A model generated the notes under the pieces. The model searched no databases, had not been told where the DNA came from, and saw only the letters and a program-made list of their open reading frames with translations. Shown piece by piece: positions 20,892 through 31,873 of a DNA stretch of 64,000 nucleotides (its first letter is position 1; the number at the start of each line of letters is the position of its first letter). Where the stretch lies: positions 320,001 through 384,000 of the forward strand of contig CAWBZV010000003.1 of assembly GCA_963793305.1 (NCBI GenBank). Direction: 5' to 3'. The DNA is from an uncultured Gemmatimonadales bacterium (lineage in GTDB: Bacteria > Gemmatimonadota > Gemmatimonadetes > Gemmatimonadales > Gemmatimonadaceae). The translations under genes and the position numbers were made by a program.

Positions 20892-21317
20892 TTAGCGCGT
20901 TCGCCTGCCGAGGGGGATAGCGACGCCCAGCAAGACGAAGAGCACGCCGAAGACAACCAATATCACTGTGTTGATGGCCACCGGATGGCCGAGGGCGATG
21001 TTCAGCATTGCCCACTGGATGACGCCCTGGGATGCCAAGATCGCGGTGATCGCGAAGTGGTACCCCACGCCAAACTTCTCGTTGTTCGGTCCGCGGGGAT
21101 CGATCTTGGGCAGCACCACCGACAAGGCCCAGAGGATGGCCATCACGCCCGGCAGCAGCCACGCGCCAAATTCGCGAGGGGACCAGCCGTTCGGTTGGCC
21201 GCTGATGCCAAAGTGCGATGGCATCCGCGCGGGGAGCTCGGGATAGATCGAGACTGTGTACAGCACAGTGGCCAGCAGCACGAACGGCGGAAGCCACCGC
21301 AGTAGTTGGCGCTCCAT
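20892..21317 (-). CDS. DUF1648 / SdpI-like membrane protein
   Basis: YPELPARMPSHFGISGQPNGW motif and four TM segments. Confidence 0.8.
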   Translation of the reverse strand: MERQLLRWLPPFVLLATVLYTVSIYPELPARMPSHFGISGQPNGWSPREFGAWLLPGVMAILWALSVVLPKIDPRGPNNEKFGVGYHFAITAILASQGVIQWAMLNIALGHPVAINTVILVVFGVLFVLLGVAIPLGRRTR

Positions 21318-21336
21318 ACCGTATATACTTATTGCA

Positions 21337-21765
21337 ATGCCAACACGTCACGCGACAGCCACTTGGGAAGGTGGCTTACAGAAAGGGAAGGGCTCGCTCT
21401 CTGGCGAGAGCGGCGCGGTCTCCGCGTCATTTTCTTTTGGCTCGCGATTCGAGCAAGCGAAGGGCTCGAATCCCGAGGAGCTCTTAGCGGCCGCCGAGGC
21501 GGCGTGCTACAGCATGGCGCTGTCCGCCGGGCTGGAGCAAGCGGGCACGCCGGTCACGAAGGTCGAAACTCGCGCGGCAGTCACGATCGAGAAGGTGGGC
21601 GCGGGGTTCGCGATCACGAGCATCAAACTCGTCGTGCGCGCCACGGTCCCAGGCCTCGACGCCGCGAAGTTCAAGGCCGCGGCCGAGAAGACAAAGGAGA
21701 CCTGTCCGGTCTCTCAGGCGCTCAAGGCCGTGCCGATCGAGCTCGATGCTCAGCTGGTGACTTGA
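21337..21765 (+). CDS. osmC: OsmC family peroxiredoxin
   Basis: ATG at 21337; ATWEGGL..GKG, GSNPEELLAAAEAACYSMALS, TCPVSQAL. Confidence 0.92.
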   Translation: MPTRHATATWEGGLQKGKGSLSGESGAVSASFSFGSRFEQAKGSNPEELLAAAEAACYSMALSAGLEQAGTPVTKVETRAAVTIEKVGAGFAITSIKLVVRATVPGLDAAKFKAAAEKTKETCPVSQALKAVPIELDAQLVT

Positions 21766-22147
21766 CTACCGGTCACCAGCAATAGCCAGAGAAAATTCGG
21801 GGCGACGACGGGTGGCGGCGCAGCCAGTGAGCGCTCGTCCGCGAATGCCCGCATCTCGGCTTGAATCTGATCGGCGAGCTCGGGAGCGGTGAAGAAGTAG
21901 ACGTTCAGGCGCATCGACGTCCTCCATCGCCGCCCGGACTTCGAGTGGCACACCGCGTTGTTGGTACACGACGTTCGAACGTCCAGCGTCCGACCCGACT
22001 GACGGGCACCACCGCGATTTCGCGGGCCAGTCGATCGATGTCATTCGACCGGAGGATGCACAGCTTCGACGTCAGGCGCTCGAGGAATGGCCGTACCTCC
22101 CCGGAGTCGAAATTCATGGAGGCTTCCTCGAGCACCATCGTCGTCAC
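21750..22147 (-). CDS. hypothetical protein downstream of PadR, two apparent +1 frameshifts (near 21975 and 21910)
   Basis: Three overlapping ORF pieces join as MTTMVLEEASMNFDS...RWTFDVVYQQRGVPLEVRAAMEDVDALNVYFFTAPELADQIQAEM; 4-bp overlap with padR. Confidence 0.5.
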
Positions 22148-22710
22148 ACGTTCGAGGTCGGCTTGTTGATCGCTTCGATCTCGGCGGTCGCGCGATTCAG
22201 GATCTCGCGAATCTTGTGGAGCTTGTCCACGTCGTGCGTGCGCGTGGCCGTCGAGTAGGTTGCCCGCGCGATGTTCTTGAACGCATGGTGCACTTCGACC
22301 ATGGGACCGCCGAAGAACGAGCCGGCGAAGTCGGCGATGCGATCGAAGATCTCGTCGACGCTCGACTTGTTGTCCTCGAGATATTTCCGCCCTTGGTCGG
22401 TGATCTCGTAGATCTTCCGCCCGCCTTCGTCGACGGAGGTCTTCGCGTAGCCGGCGTCTTCCAGGAACTGGAGCGTCGGGTACACGGCGCCGGGGCTGGG
22501 CGAGTATGTCCCGCCGAGGCGCTCTTCCATGGCCTTGATGATCTCGTAGCCGTGCCGCGGCTTCTCACTGAGCAGGCGCAGGATCACGTACTTGAGATCG
22601 CCCTGCTCGAACATGCGGCCGCCGCGATGACGTCCGCGATGACTCCCGCGGTCGGTTTCACCCCACCAGCCGCCGCCCCACCAGTTGCCATCCCCCCAAT
22701 TGCCACGCAT
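22144..22710 (-). CDS. PadR family transcriptional regulator
   Basis: GDLKYVILRLL..PRHGYEII..YSPSPGAVYPTLQ..RKIYEIT; Gly/Trp-rich N-terminus. Confidence 0.93.
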   Translation of the reverse strand: MRGNWGDGNWWGGGWWGETDRGSHRGRHRGGRMFEQGDLKYVILRLLSEKPRHGYEIIKAMEERLGGTYSPSPGAVYPTLQFLEDAGYAKTSVDEGGRKIYEITDQGRKYLEDNKSSVDEIFDRIADFAGSFFGGPMVEVHHAFKNIARATYSTATRTHDVDKLHKIREILNRATAEIEAINKPTSNV

Positions 22711-22726
22711 AATCAACCTCGTATGT

Positions 22727-22772
22727 AAAGATATATCGTGAGTTATATCTTAACGAGGCCAAAGATATATCG
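22727..22772. promoter_or_regulatory. repeated AAAGATATATCG boxes, probable PadR operators
   Basis: Identical 12-mers at 22727-22738 and 22761-22772 with palindromic core GATATATC; degenerate AGTTATATCT between them. Confidence 0.65.
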
Positions 22773-22815
22773 CAAGTGGCTCTAATCGGGGATCTCGCTA
22801 TATTATTTCCCCATC

Positions 22816-23337
22816 ATGCGTTACGCCTTCGTCGGATCGTTCCTGGTTGGGTTGATCCTCACGGTGTTCGCGATGTTGAACGGCGTCGAGCGTCCAGAAC
22901 GCCGCCCCGGCCGGCGCCGGTTCTCCATCAACCTCCCCACGGTCGCCGGATTCGCGACCGTCTTCGGCGCCACCGGCTACCCGCTCGCCGTCTACAGCTC
23001 CCTCGGCTGGGTCGCCGTCCTCTCGATCGCCACCGCCGCCGGAGTCGCGGGCATCATCGCTTCACTCTCGCTCGTCGCCGGCTGGGCCATTCCCGCCGCG
23101 AAGGCCGAGGTCGTCGATGAGCGCTATGTGCTCCAGGGGTGTATTGCGAAAGTCACCGAAGTCTCCGCAGATGGAACCGGTGTGATCGCTTTCGAGAATG
23201 AAGGGGTACGACAGACGGCGCGTGCGGTTGGACTCGATGGCGTGCGGCTCGAGCTCGGCACGGAAGTCGCGATCGAGCGCGTGGAGGGCGGCGTAGCCTA
23301 CGTCGAACCCTGGACACAGGTCGAAGCCCGCTTGTAG
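22816..23337 (+). CDS. NfeD-like membrane protein (TM segments plus C-terminal OB fold)
   Basis: Three TMs, then G..AKVT...G.I...G.EVAIERVEGGVAYVEP. Confidence 0.7.
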   Translation: MRYAFVGSFLVGLILTVFAMLNGVERPERRPGRRRFSINLPTVAGFATVFGATGYPLAVYSSLGWVAVLSIATAAGVAGIIASLSLVAGWAIPAAKAEVVDERYVLQGCIAKVTEVSADGTGVIAFENEGVRQTARAVGLDGVRLELGTEVAIERVEGGVAYVEPWTQVEARL

Positions 23338-23357
23338 AAAAGCGGGAGGGGTGGCCG

Positions 23358-23654
23358 ATGAGCGATGCGGCGATCTTCCTCTGGGTACTAGGCGGTCTCT
23401 TCGTCGCTCGCATCGTCGCCGCGACCGTCGTATTCTACTTCATCCTGCCCCGTGGCGACCGGTGCCCGAACTGCGACGCGGTCACGATTCGCACGCAGAA
23501 GAAAATCTGGAATCGCCTCTTCCCATACTTGCGCACCAGTTGGTGCTTGGCGTGCGGCTGGGACGGCGTGCTCCGCCATGGGCCACTGAGCGTGCCTGAG
23601 GCCACGACGGCGGACCACGAATTCACGGAGCACGGGGTCGACGACGACGAATAG
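23358..23654 (+). CDS. hypothetical membrane-anchored Zn-ribbon protein
   Basis: TM segment, CPNC and CLAC pairs; GGGAGG upstream. Confidence 0.65.
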   Translation: MSDAAIFLWVLGGLFVARIVAATVVFYFILPRGDRCPNCDAVTIRTQKKIWNRLFPYLRTSWCLACGWDGVLRHGPLSVPEATTADHEFTEHGVDDDE

Positions 23655-23707
23655 GCTAGCCCGATCGCCCGATGTCGGAGCAAGAGCCCCGCCGCTCATT
23701 TTCGACC

Positions 23708-24601
23708 ATGACAAAAACATCGACTGATCTCGCTGGCGCTGTCGAGCGCGCCGGCCGCGCGGTGGTGGCGATCCACGCCCGCCGTCGCATTCCTTCCAGC
23801 GGCATTCTCTGGCGCCCGGGCGTCATCGCCACCGCCAATCACACGCTTCACCGCGAAGATGACATCACCGTCACGACCGCTGACGGTAACCGTATCCCGG
23901 CCACGCTCGCCGGTCGCGATCCGACCACAGACCTGGCTGTACTCCGCATCGACGCACCAAACCTCCCGGCGGCCGAGATCGCGGACAGCGATGCCCTCGG
24001 CGTCGGAAGCTTCGTGCTCGCCGTCGGCCGACCCGGCTTGGATCTAACCGCGACGTTCGGCATAGTGAGCGCCCTCGGCGCCGAGTGGCGCACCTGGCGC
24101 GGCGGATCGATCGACCGCTGGATCCGCCTCGACCTCCGCATCGCCGACGGCTTCTCAGGCGGCGCCCTCGTCACGCCGACGGGCACGATCGCGGGCCTCA
24201 ACACGTCGGGCCTGACGCGCGGAAGCGCGATCACGATCCCAACGTCGACCGTCGACCGCGTCGTCACGCAGCTGCTCACGACCGGCCATGTGCCGCGCGC
24301 GTACTTAGGCCTGGGCCTCCAAGCCGGCGTACGCCTGCCCTCGGCCCTCGTGACGAAACTCGGCCGCGACAGTGACCTGGCGCCGATTATCGTGTCGATC
24401 GAATCGGGAAGCCCCGCCGACCGCGGCGGCCTCCTCGTCGGCGACATTCTCGCGGACACCGACAAGACCGCGATACACGATGCGTCCGATCTCATGGACG
24501 TGCTCACGGCCGATCGCATCGGCAAATCCCTGACGGTGCGCGTCGTCCGCGGCGGCGAGCCGCGCGAGCTCACGGTCACCGTCGGCGAGCGGCCCCGCTG
24601 A
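23708..24601 (+). CDS. S1C trypsin-like serine protease with PDZ domain
   Basis: TANH, DPTTDLAVL, GFSGG triad motifs; GSPADRGGL PDZ; alternative start 23672. Confidence 0.9.
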   Translation: MTKTSTDLAGAVERAGRAVVAIHARRRIPSSGILWRPGVIATANHTLHREDDITVTTADGNRIPATLAGRDPTTDLAVLRIDAPNLPAAEIADSDALGVGSFVLAVGRPGLDLTATFGIVSALGAEWRTWRGGSIDRWIRLDLRIADGFSGGALVTPTGTIAGLNTSGLTRGSAITIPTSTVDRVVTQLLTTGHVPRAYLGLGLQAGVRLPSALVTKLGRDSDLAPIIVSIESGSPADRGGLLVGDILADTDKTAIHDASDLMDVLTADRIGKSLTVRVVRGGEPRELTVTVGERPR

Positions 24602-25137
24602 CAGTCCGCGTTCAGATTTCAGCGGCATCGCCCACCGCGAGGGCCGAACTGGAATCCGCGCTCGCGGGAAGTCCCACGATCACCATCGTGGGGCGTGCCC
24701 CCGACGTGCTCGTGTTCGACGGTCGCGCTCCCGTCGGTGGCCAGGCATCCGTCATCGCACTCGTCGACGACCCTGCCACCGAATCGGCAGCGGCACTGCG
24801 CGCGGGCGCACGCGCGGTGTTGCGGCGCGACGCGTCAGCACCCGAGTTGGTCGCCGCCATTGAAGCGGTGGCAGCCGGATTGGTCGTGCTGCACCCGGAC
24901 GCCGTGCCACGACCCGCCGCTTCCACGCCGGACGCAGCGGAACCACTGACCCGGCGAGAGCGCGAGATCCTCACGCTGCTGGCCGATGGCCTCGGCAACA
25001 AGGCGATCGCCGCGCGCCTCGGAATATCCGACCACACGGTGAAGGCCCACGTCGGCGCGATCTTCGACAAACTCCACGTCGGCACCCGCGCCGAGGCCGT
25101 GGCGCTCGGGCTCAGACTCGGGCTGATCGCGCTGTAG
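24598..25137 (+). CDS. NarL/LuxR family response regulator with atypical receiver
   Basis: LTRREREILTLLADGLGNKAIA..ISDHTVKAH HTH; frame is open back to a CTG overlapping the protease stop; start uncertain. Confidence 0.82.
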   Translation: MTVRVQISAASPTARAELESALAGSPTITIVGRAPDVLVFDGRAPVGGQASVIALVDDPATESAAALRAGARAVLRRDASAPELVAAIEAVAAGLVVLHPDAVPRPAASTPDAAEPLTRREREILTLLADGLGNKAIAARLGISDHTVKAHVGAIFDKLHVGTRAEAVALGLRLGLIAL

Positions 25138-25141
25138 GACG

Positions 25142-25423
25142 CTAGCCGACCGCTACGAGCCGGACCCATTCCGGCCAGTTGCCGGTGAGCTCGAAGAAGT
25201 CCTCGAAGTACGTGAGTCCGAGGTCTTCGAGCTCACCGATGAGCGACGTCAGCGCATCCTCGCCCACGAGGGGCCCGATCGCAATCACCTGTCCTTCGAC
25301 GCGAAACTCCTCGTCGGTCAGGTTGAATCGCGCATCGAGGCCCGCGCGCGTGAGCCCCACGCGCTCGAACGCGTCGCGGCGAATGAAAATCGTCGGACTG
25401 CCCTGCGCGACGGAGAGTGGCAT
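25142..25423 (-). CDS. hypothetical protein
   Basis: Globular-looking 93-aa ORF with typical codon usage; TATATT 6 nt upstream of the ATG. Confidence 0.65.
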   Translation of the reverse strand: MPLSVAQGSPTIFIRRDAFERVGLTRAGLDARFNLTDEEFRVEGQVIAIGPLVGEDALTSLIGELEDLGLTYFEDFFELTGNWPEWVRLVAVG

Positions 25424-25444
25424 GACTCCAATATAGAATAGAGG

Positions 25445-26631
25445 TCATTGCCTCGGCGGCATGCTGGCCATCAATCGTGCCTGCAGCATCGGGCTATCAG
25501 GCAAGGTCCACATCACAACGCGTGTCTTGCCGGTCGACATCGTGATGGTGCCGAGGATCTGGTGCACCTTGTTGATCTGCGCGGCAACTCCGGATTCCTT
25601 GGCCAGCAACGCGCTGCCTTCGAGTCCCGGCAACCGCTGGAGCCCGTTGGCTGCCGTCCAGATGACCGGCACGTTGAGACCACTCGTCGTATCCGGTATG
25701 CCCCCGACCGCGATGCCGTCGTCGCTGATGTCGGACATGGTCCCGGGCTGATCGTGATAGAGGTAACGCAGGGAGTCGCCACGAGTCCACACCGCGGGGA
25801 CCCACGTGAGAGAAATGCTGTCGAAGACAGAGCCCGCGACCCAGCCGCTATCGTTGACGCCCGTATTGACCCGGTTGGGAGTCGAGGCTCTCGCGGGGAT
25901 CAGCGATATCAACTGCTTCGTCGGCGTGTACACAAACCCCGTGAAGTCGAGCGAGCTCGTGCCGGCGATGTATCCAGCATCGGAGATAGAAGTCGCCGTG
26001 CCTTGGAACGGCTGGCCACCGCCACCGGCATACAGTCCGTCGGGGTTGCCGAACGCCGTCCATACGGTCGCGAAGAACGGCGACCCCTGTGGCTCTCCCG
26101 AAATCGGCACGTAGCAGTCCCCCACGATGACGCCGGAGTCGTTGATGCTGTACGGGTCACAGCTGTAGCCCGCGCCGAGAGGGCGGAGAACCTTCATATC
26201 GCCTTGCCAGTCCCAGATCCCGGCCTCGATGTGTTGGGCATGGCCGGCGCCGCCCAAGTCCGTCAGCTGGACCGCTACTTGGGCGCGATCGTTGACCGAG
26301 AACGCGTAGGCGATGGTGAACGAATCAACCGGGAGATGCAGAAACGTGAAGCCGCGGTCGGCGACCCATTAAAGATCGTGCTCCCAAACGTCACATTGCT
26401 GACGGAGTCTCCGACGATTTCGCCCAGGTCGTTGAATGCGACTGGCTCCACTCCTTCATTGTCGAACGCGGGGATCGCCGCGACATGCACGCCCGTGATG
26501 TACGGAATCGCTCCATGCGGTACGGTTACATTGCGTTCCATTTTCGAATCCGCGAGTGGGTTCGAGGCATTCGAGCAGGCAAGCGACACGGCAGCGAACG
26601 TAGCGCCTGCGAGACCGACGGCAACGCGCAT
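25445..26631 (-). CDS. HAF-like extracellular repeat lipoprotein, -1 frameshift near 26370
   Basis: SLAC lipobox; repeats FNDLGEIVG, INDSGVIVG, ISDAGYIAG, VNDSGWVAG, ISDDGIAVG. Confidence 0.75.
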
Positions 26632-26700
26632 AAGACCCTCTCTTGAGGTTTTTGAGCAGTCGCCTTGCGTGCACGCCGCATACCAGAGGACGTTTCAAAC

Positions 26701-28591
26701 ATGTCTTTTTTGGAGGCCGAGTTCGACGTCCTCGTGATCGGCGCCGGCCATGCCGGCACCGAGGCAGCGGTCGCGGCCGCTAGACTCGGGTGCCGCGTCG
26801 CACTGGTGACGAGCGCGCTCGAGACGATCGGCCAGATGTCATGCAATCCGGCGATCGGCGGCGTCGCCAAAGGCACGGTCGTCCGCGAGGTCGACGCGCT
26901 CGGCGGCATCATGGGGCGCGCGACCGATCTGGCGACGCTCCAGTTCCGGATGCTCAACCGCGGCAAGGGGCCCGCGGTCTGGTCTCCGCGCGCGCAGTGC
27001 GACCGCGGACTCTATCGCCGCGCGGTGCGCTCGCTCGTCGAGCAACACGAGTCGCTGTCCACGATCCAGGGCACGGTCGCGCGTCTGATCATCGAGGACG
27101 ATCGCGTCACGGGCGTCGAGACCATCGAAGGCCGCCGCTTCAGCGCGCGTGCCGTCGTGGTCACGACCGGTACGTTTTTGCGCGGTCGCATTCATATAGG
27201 CACGGAGACCAAGGTGCCGGGCGGGCGCGCGGGTGAGGCGCCCGCCACGCACCTGGCCGAGCAGCTCGAAGCGGTCGGCCTTACGGTAGGGCGCTTCAAG
27301 ACTGGCACGCCACCGCGGATCGATGGGCGCTCGGTCGACTTCAGTGAGCTCGAGCCGCAACTCTCAGAGCTCGATCACTTCGCCTATCGTTGGTCCCACT
27401 TCTGGACCGCTTCTCCTCGCCAACCGGACCAGCTGCCGTGCTGGATCACGTACGCTGGTCCTGAGACCAAGCAGATCATCGCCCAGAATATCGGTCGCTC
27501 GGCCATGTACGGCGGCGCGATCGCCTCGCGCGGGCCGCGCTATTGCCCGTCGGTCGAAGACAAGATCGTGAAATTCCCGACCGCCGATCGCCACCAGCTC
27601 TTTTTGGAACCGGAAGGCCACGATACGACGGAGCTCTACGTCAATGGGCTCTCGACATTGCTGCCCGCCGAAGTCCAACTCGAAGCACTGCGCAGCGTGC
27701 CCGGCCTGGCGGCCGTCCGGATGACCCGCGCGGGCTACGCGATCGAGTACGACTATTATCCGCCGACGCAGCTCGATGCGACGTTGGCGGTCAAGGCGCT
27801 ACAGGGTCTGTATTTCGCCGGCCAGATCAACGGCACGACCGGATACGAGGAAGCCGCCGGCCAAGGTGTCGTCGCTGGTCTCAACGCCGGGCTCTCCGTG
27901 CAGGATCGGCCGCCGGTGATCCTGGGCCGCGAGACATCATATATCGGCGTGCTCGTCGATGACCTGGTCACGCGTGGCGTGGACGAGCCCTATCGGCTGT
28001 TCACCTCGCGCTCGGAGTTCAGGCTCACGGTGCGCCAGGACAATGCGCTCCGTCGCCTGGCTCCAGTGGCTATGTCGCTCGGGTTGTACGCGACCAGGAG
28101 CGCGCCATCGCCGACCGTCGTCTAGCCGATGAAGAGATGGCGCGACGCCTGGCTGACGAGACCAGCGTACGGCCCGAGACGGTCGCCGAGTTGCTGCGGG
28201 ACAGCGAAAGCTCGCCATTATCGCAAGCCGTCAAGCTCGTGGAGCTCGCCCGCCGCCCTCAGCTCGCTCTCGACGCGTTGTTCGACGCCGCCGGACATCG
28301 GTGACTGAGCTCTCACGCGAGGCCATCGTGACGGCAGATCTGGAGATCAAGTACGCGGGCTACTTCGAGCGCGAGCGCGTCCAGGCGGGAAAGATGAAAC
28401 GCATGGGCGAGTTCCGGCTCGACGCCGAGCTGCCGTACGGCGACATGCAGTCGCTGTCGTTCGAAGCCCGGCAAAAGCTGGCCGCGCTCAAGCCCGCGAC
28501 GCTCGCGCAAGCCGCGCGCGTGCCGGGCGTGAGCCCGAGCGACCTCCAAAACCTGGTAATCGAAATCGAGCGCAGATCGTCAGTTCGCTAG
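26701..28591 (+). CDS. mnmG: tRNA uridine-5-carboxymethylaminomethyl(34) synthesis enzyme MnmG, frameshifts near 28090 and 28300
   Basis: IGAGHAGTEAA, MSCNPAIGG, RFKTGTPPR, GPRYCPSVEDK, GQINGTTGYEEAA; C-terminal EIKYAGY...ARVPGVSPSD in a separate frame. Confidence 0.95.
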
Positions 28592-30492
28592 ATGCGAACT
28601 GTGCGAACGGTGGGAACAGTGCTGGGCGCGATCGCCGCACTCACGGTCGCCGCACTCGGCTTCGCACCGCTCATCGCCTGCGCACCCGCGAACTGCGCGC
28701 TCCGGGCCGAGTGGCTGAGCGGCACGTCCATCGTCATAGGCGCCGGCGTTATCTACGAGATTCTGTCGCGCCGCTGGTCGCCCAAGTTTCCCACGATCCC
28801 ACTCCCGAGCGAGTGGTCGGTCGCCGCCGTGGCGTTCGTTGTCTACGCCGTCGGTCGCCGCGTTCGTGTTCCAACGCCGCCCGATCCTGATCGACGAGAT
28901 CGCGCTCGTTCACCAGGCCGAGATCTTCGCCAGCGGCCACCTGTGGCTTCCGGCCCCGGCACACCCGGAGTTCTTCTCGACCCTACAGATGGTCACGGCG
29001 AACGGCCGCGTGTACTCGCAGTACCCGCCGGGCGGCCCGGCGATGCTCGTGCCATTCGTGCTCGCCCACGCAAGCTGGCTCGCCGGACCATTCTTCGGCG
29101 CGCTCAGCGTCCTGGCGTTCGCCGCGTTTCTGAGGGCGGCCGAACCGAACCCGCGCGTGCGCCTCGGCGCGCTCGCCCTGTTCGCGTTCGCCCCGTTCGT
29201 CGCATTCATGTCGGGCACGCACATGAGCTGCGTGTCGACGCTGGCGTGGATCCTCGCGGGCGCGGCGGCGATTGCGCACGCGGCCCAGGCGGAGAGCCCG
29301 CGCCCATGGCTCGCGTTTGCCGGGGGATTCGCATTCGGCGTCGCCGCCACCATACGTCCGGCTGACACGCTGGCCTTTGCGATCCCGGCCGGGATCTGGT
29401 CGTTGCGCCGCTGGCCGAACGCGCTCGCCGCGGCCGCCGGCGTCGCGATCCCGGTCGGCCTCATGATGCTCGTGAACGCGAAAACGACCGGCGGCCCGCT
29501 GCTATTCGGCTACGAAGTCTTCTGGGGCAAAGGCCACGAGTTGGGTTTTCACGAGTCGCCGCTTGGCCACATGCACACGCCGGAGGAGGGCCTGCGCTTC
29601 GTCTCGGCGTATTTTCTTCAGCTCAACAAGTATCTCTTCGAGACGCCGATCCCGTCGCTGCTCCCCGCGATCGCCGCCCTGACGTTCGTCCGCCGAATTG
29701 AGACCGCAGATAAGTACCTCCTGGCGTCGGCCGCTCTTCTCACCGTGATCTACGCCGCCTACTGGCACCAGGGATTTTTTCTCGGGCCGCGCTTCTTCTT
29801 TGCGCTCGCGCCGATGTTCGCGCTCTGGACCGCACGACTGCCGACGCTCGTCACCTCTCGCGCGATGGCGGCCGCACTCGTCGCGAGCTTTCTCATCGCC
29901 GCTTTGGTTGGGATCCCCGCGCGCGCCACGCAGTGGGCGTCGAGCTTCGCGACCGAGCGGTGGGCACAGCCCAATGTCGCGCGACGCGCGGGCGTGCACG
30001 ATGCGCTCGTGTTCGTGCGCGAAGGCTGGGAAGCGGAGCTCGTGGCCCGCATGTGGGCCCTCGGCGTGCCGCCAGCCTCCGTCGAGCGCATAGTGCTGGC
30101 GACCGATGCCTGCCGACTCGATAGCGCGATCACGGCGCTCGAAGCGCTCGACTCTTCGCCCGAGCGCGCCGAGCAGGCGCTCCTGCCATTGTTGGGCGAC
30201 TCGGCGCTCGTGCACAGAGTTGCCGTCGGTCCAGGCGCCAATATCCCGATCCAAGCCGGTTACGCGTATCCGGAGTCGTGTACGCGCCAGGTGACACTAT
30301 CCGCGCGTGGCGTCACACCCCTCTGCGCCGGAATCGGTCCTCGATGATGGCAATGTCTACGCGCGCGATCTAGGCGCTCGCGACACGCTGCTGCTCGTGA
30401 CATATCGGAACCGACCAGTGTTCGTGCTCGAACCATCGAGCAACGCATCGGACGCGTTGCCATCGTTCTCGCCGTTTCTAACACGTCGGTAA
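28592..30492 (+). CDS. multi-pass membrane protein, GT-C glycosyltransferase-like, frameshifts near 28855 and 30330
   Basis: IDE loop motif, SQYPPG, IRP, GPRF and many TMs across three frames; C-terminal VYARDLG. Confidence 0.6.
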
Positions 30493-30516
30493 GGCGCGTG
30501 CTATATTCGCGCCGCC

Positions 30517-31873
30517 ATGTTCCGTCTGCTTGCTGCATTGTTCGTGTGCGCGAGCGCCGTGTGCGCGAGGGCGATGCACGCGCAACTGGCCACCGCTGTC
30601 GGTGTCGTCGTCGACAGCGTGCGCGGCCGCCCGCTCGTCGGCGCGACGGTCGTCGTCTCTGGCGTCGAGTCCCAAGGGGTCTCCGACTCGTCGGGCCGAT
30701 TCCGCATTCGATAGCATCCCCCCTGGGGATCACACGATGGCCGTCCTGCACCCATTTCTCGACGAGATGGGGCTGACGTTGACCACGAACAAGATCTCCT
30801 TCGCGCCTGGCACGACGATGGCCGTGGTCTTGGCCACCCCGTCGGCGCAGACGTGGATTGGGCGCCGGTGCTCCGACGCCGAGCGCCAGGATGGCCCGGA
30901 CGCCATCCTCGGTCACGTGCTGCAACTCACGGGTGACGACCCGGTCACCGGGGCACTCGTGCATTACTCCGGTATTGTGATCGTGGCTGGCAAGGATGTT
31001 GGGTTTCATCACGCGACGATCACCCGCGACGCGTCCGCGACCCAAAGTGGCGCCTTCATTGTCTGCGGCATCCCGCAGGGTGCGCTGGGCACGATTCGGG
31101 CGTCGAAAGGACGCGTCAGCACCGGCGAGCTACCGGCGGATTTGTCGAGCGCCGCACTCGCGTCGGTGACCTTACGATTGGCGAGCGACGACACGCTTCC
31201 GACGCACGCGGGCGTCGTGACCGGTCGGATCGTGGACGACAAGGGCGCGCCCGTGCCCGCGGCGCGCGTCACGCTGCATGGAACCGATCACTCCACGCAA
31301 ACCTCGGACAGCGGCTCGTTCGCGATGCGCGAGTTGCCGTTGGGCTCGCAACTGCTCGACATCGAGAAGGTCGGCTTCCCGCGGACGGCGACGCCGGTGA
31401 CGGTCCTCGGCCCGCAGCAGCCGGCGGTCATCTCGATCGCGCTCGCGGCCCCGCCCCCACTGTCAGGGGACGCGGCCCTCGTGGGCGTGGGTTTCGCGCG
31501 GCGGCGCGCGGCCGGGGGCGGCGTGTTTATTACCGCCGACACGATCGCAAAGCGCAAAGCACGATATATCGCCGATTTGCAGCCGCTCATGCCGGGGCTG
31601 ATCATGACACCTACGAATCGCGGCCCGGTTCTCATGCCGACCTACTCGGGCATGGCGCGCTGCGTCTTCTACCTCGTCGACGGGTACCCGTATCGGTTTT
31701 ACCGCGGCGCCGGACAGATCAACGATGACTGGCCGGCGGCGAATATCCTGGGGATCGAGTACTACGAGTACGGTCACATCCCGAAGGAGCTCATGGACAA
31801 GATCATCACGCCGGGGTTCCCGCGTTGTTCGATGATCGCCATCTGGACGGGTCGGGGCGGCGGCTCGACTTGA
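30517..31873 (+). CDS. secreted carboxypeptidase-regulatory-like domain protein with plug-like C-terminus, +1 frameshift near 30710
   Basis: Signal peptide, GVVVDS..GRPLVGATV, GRIVDDKGAPV, GFARRR, YLVDG, GIEYY, IAIWT. Confidence 0.75.
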
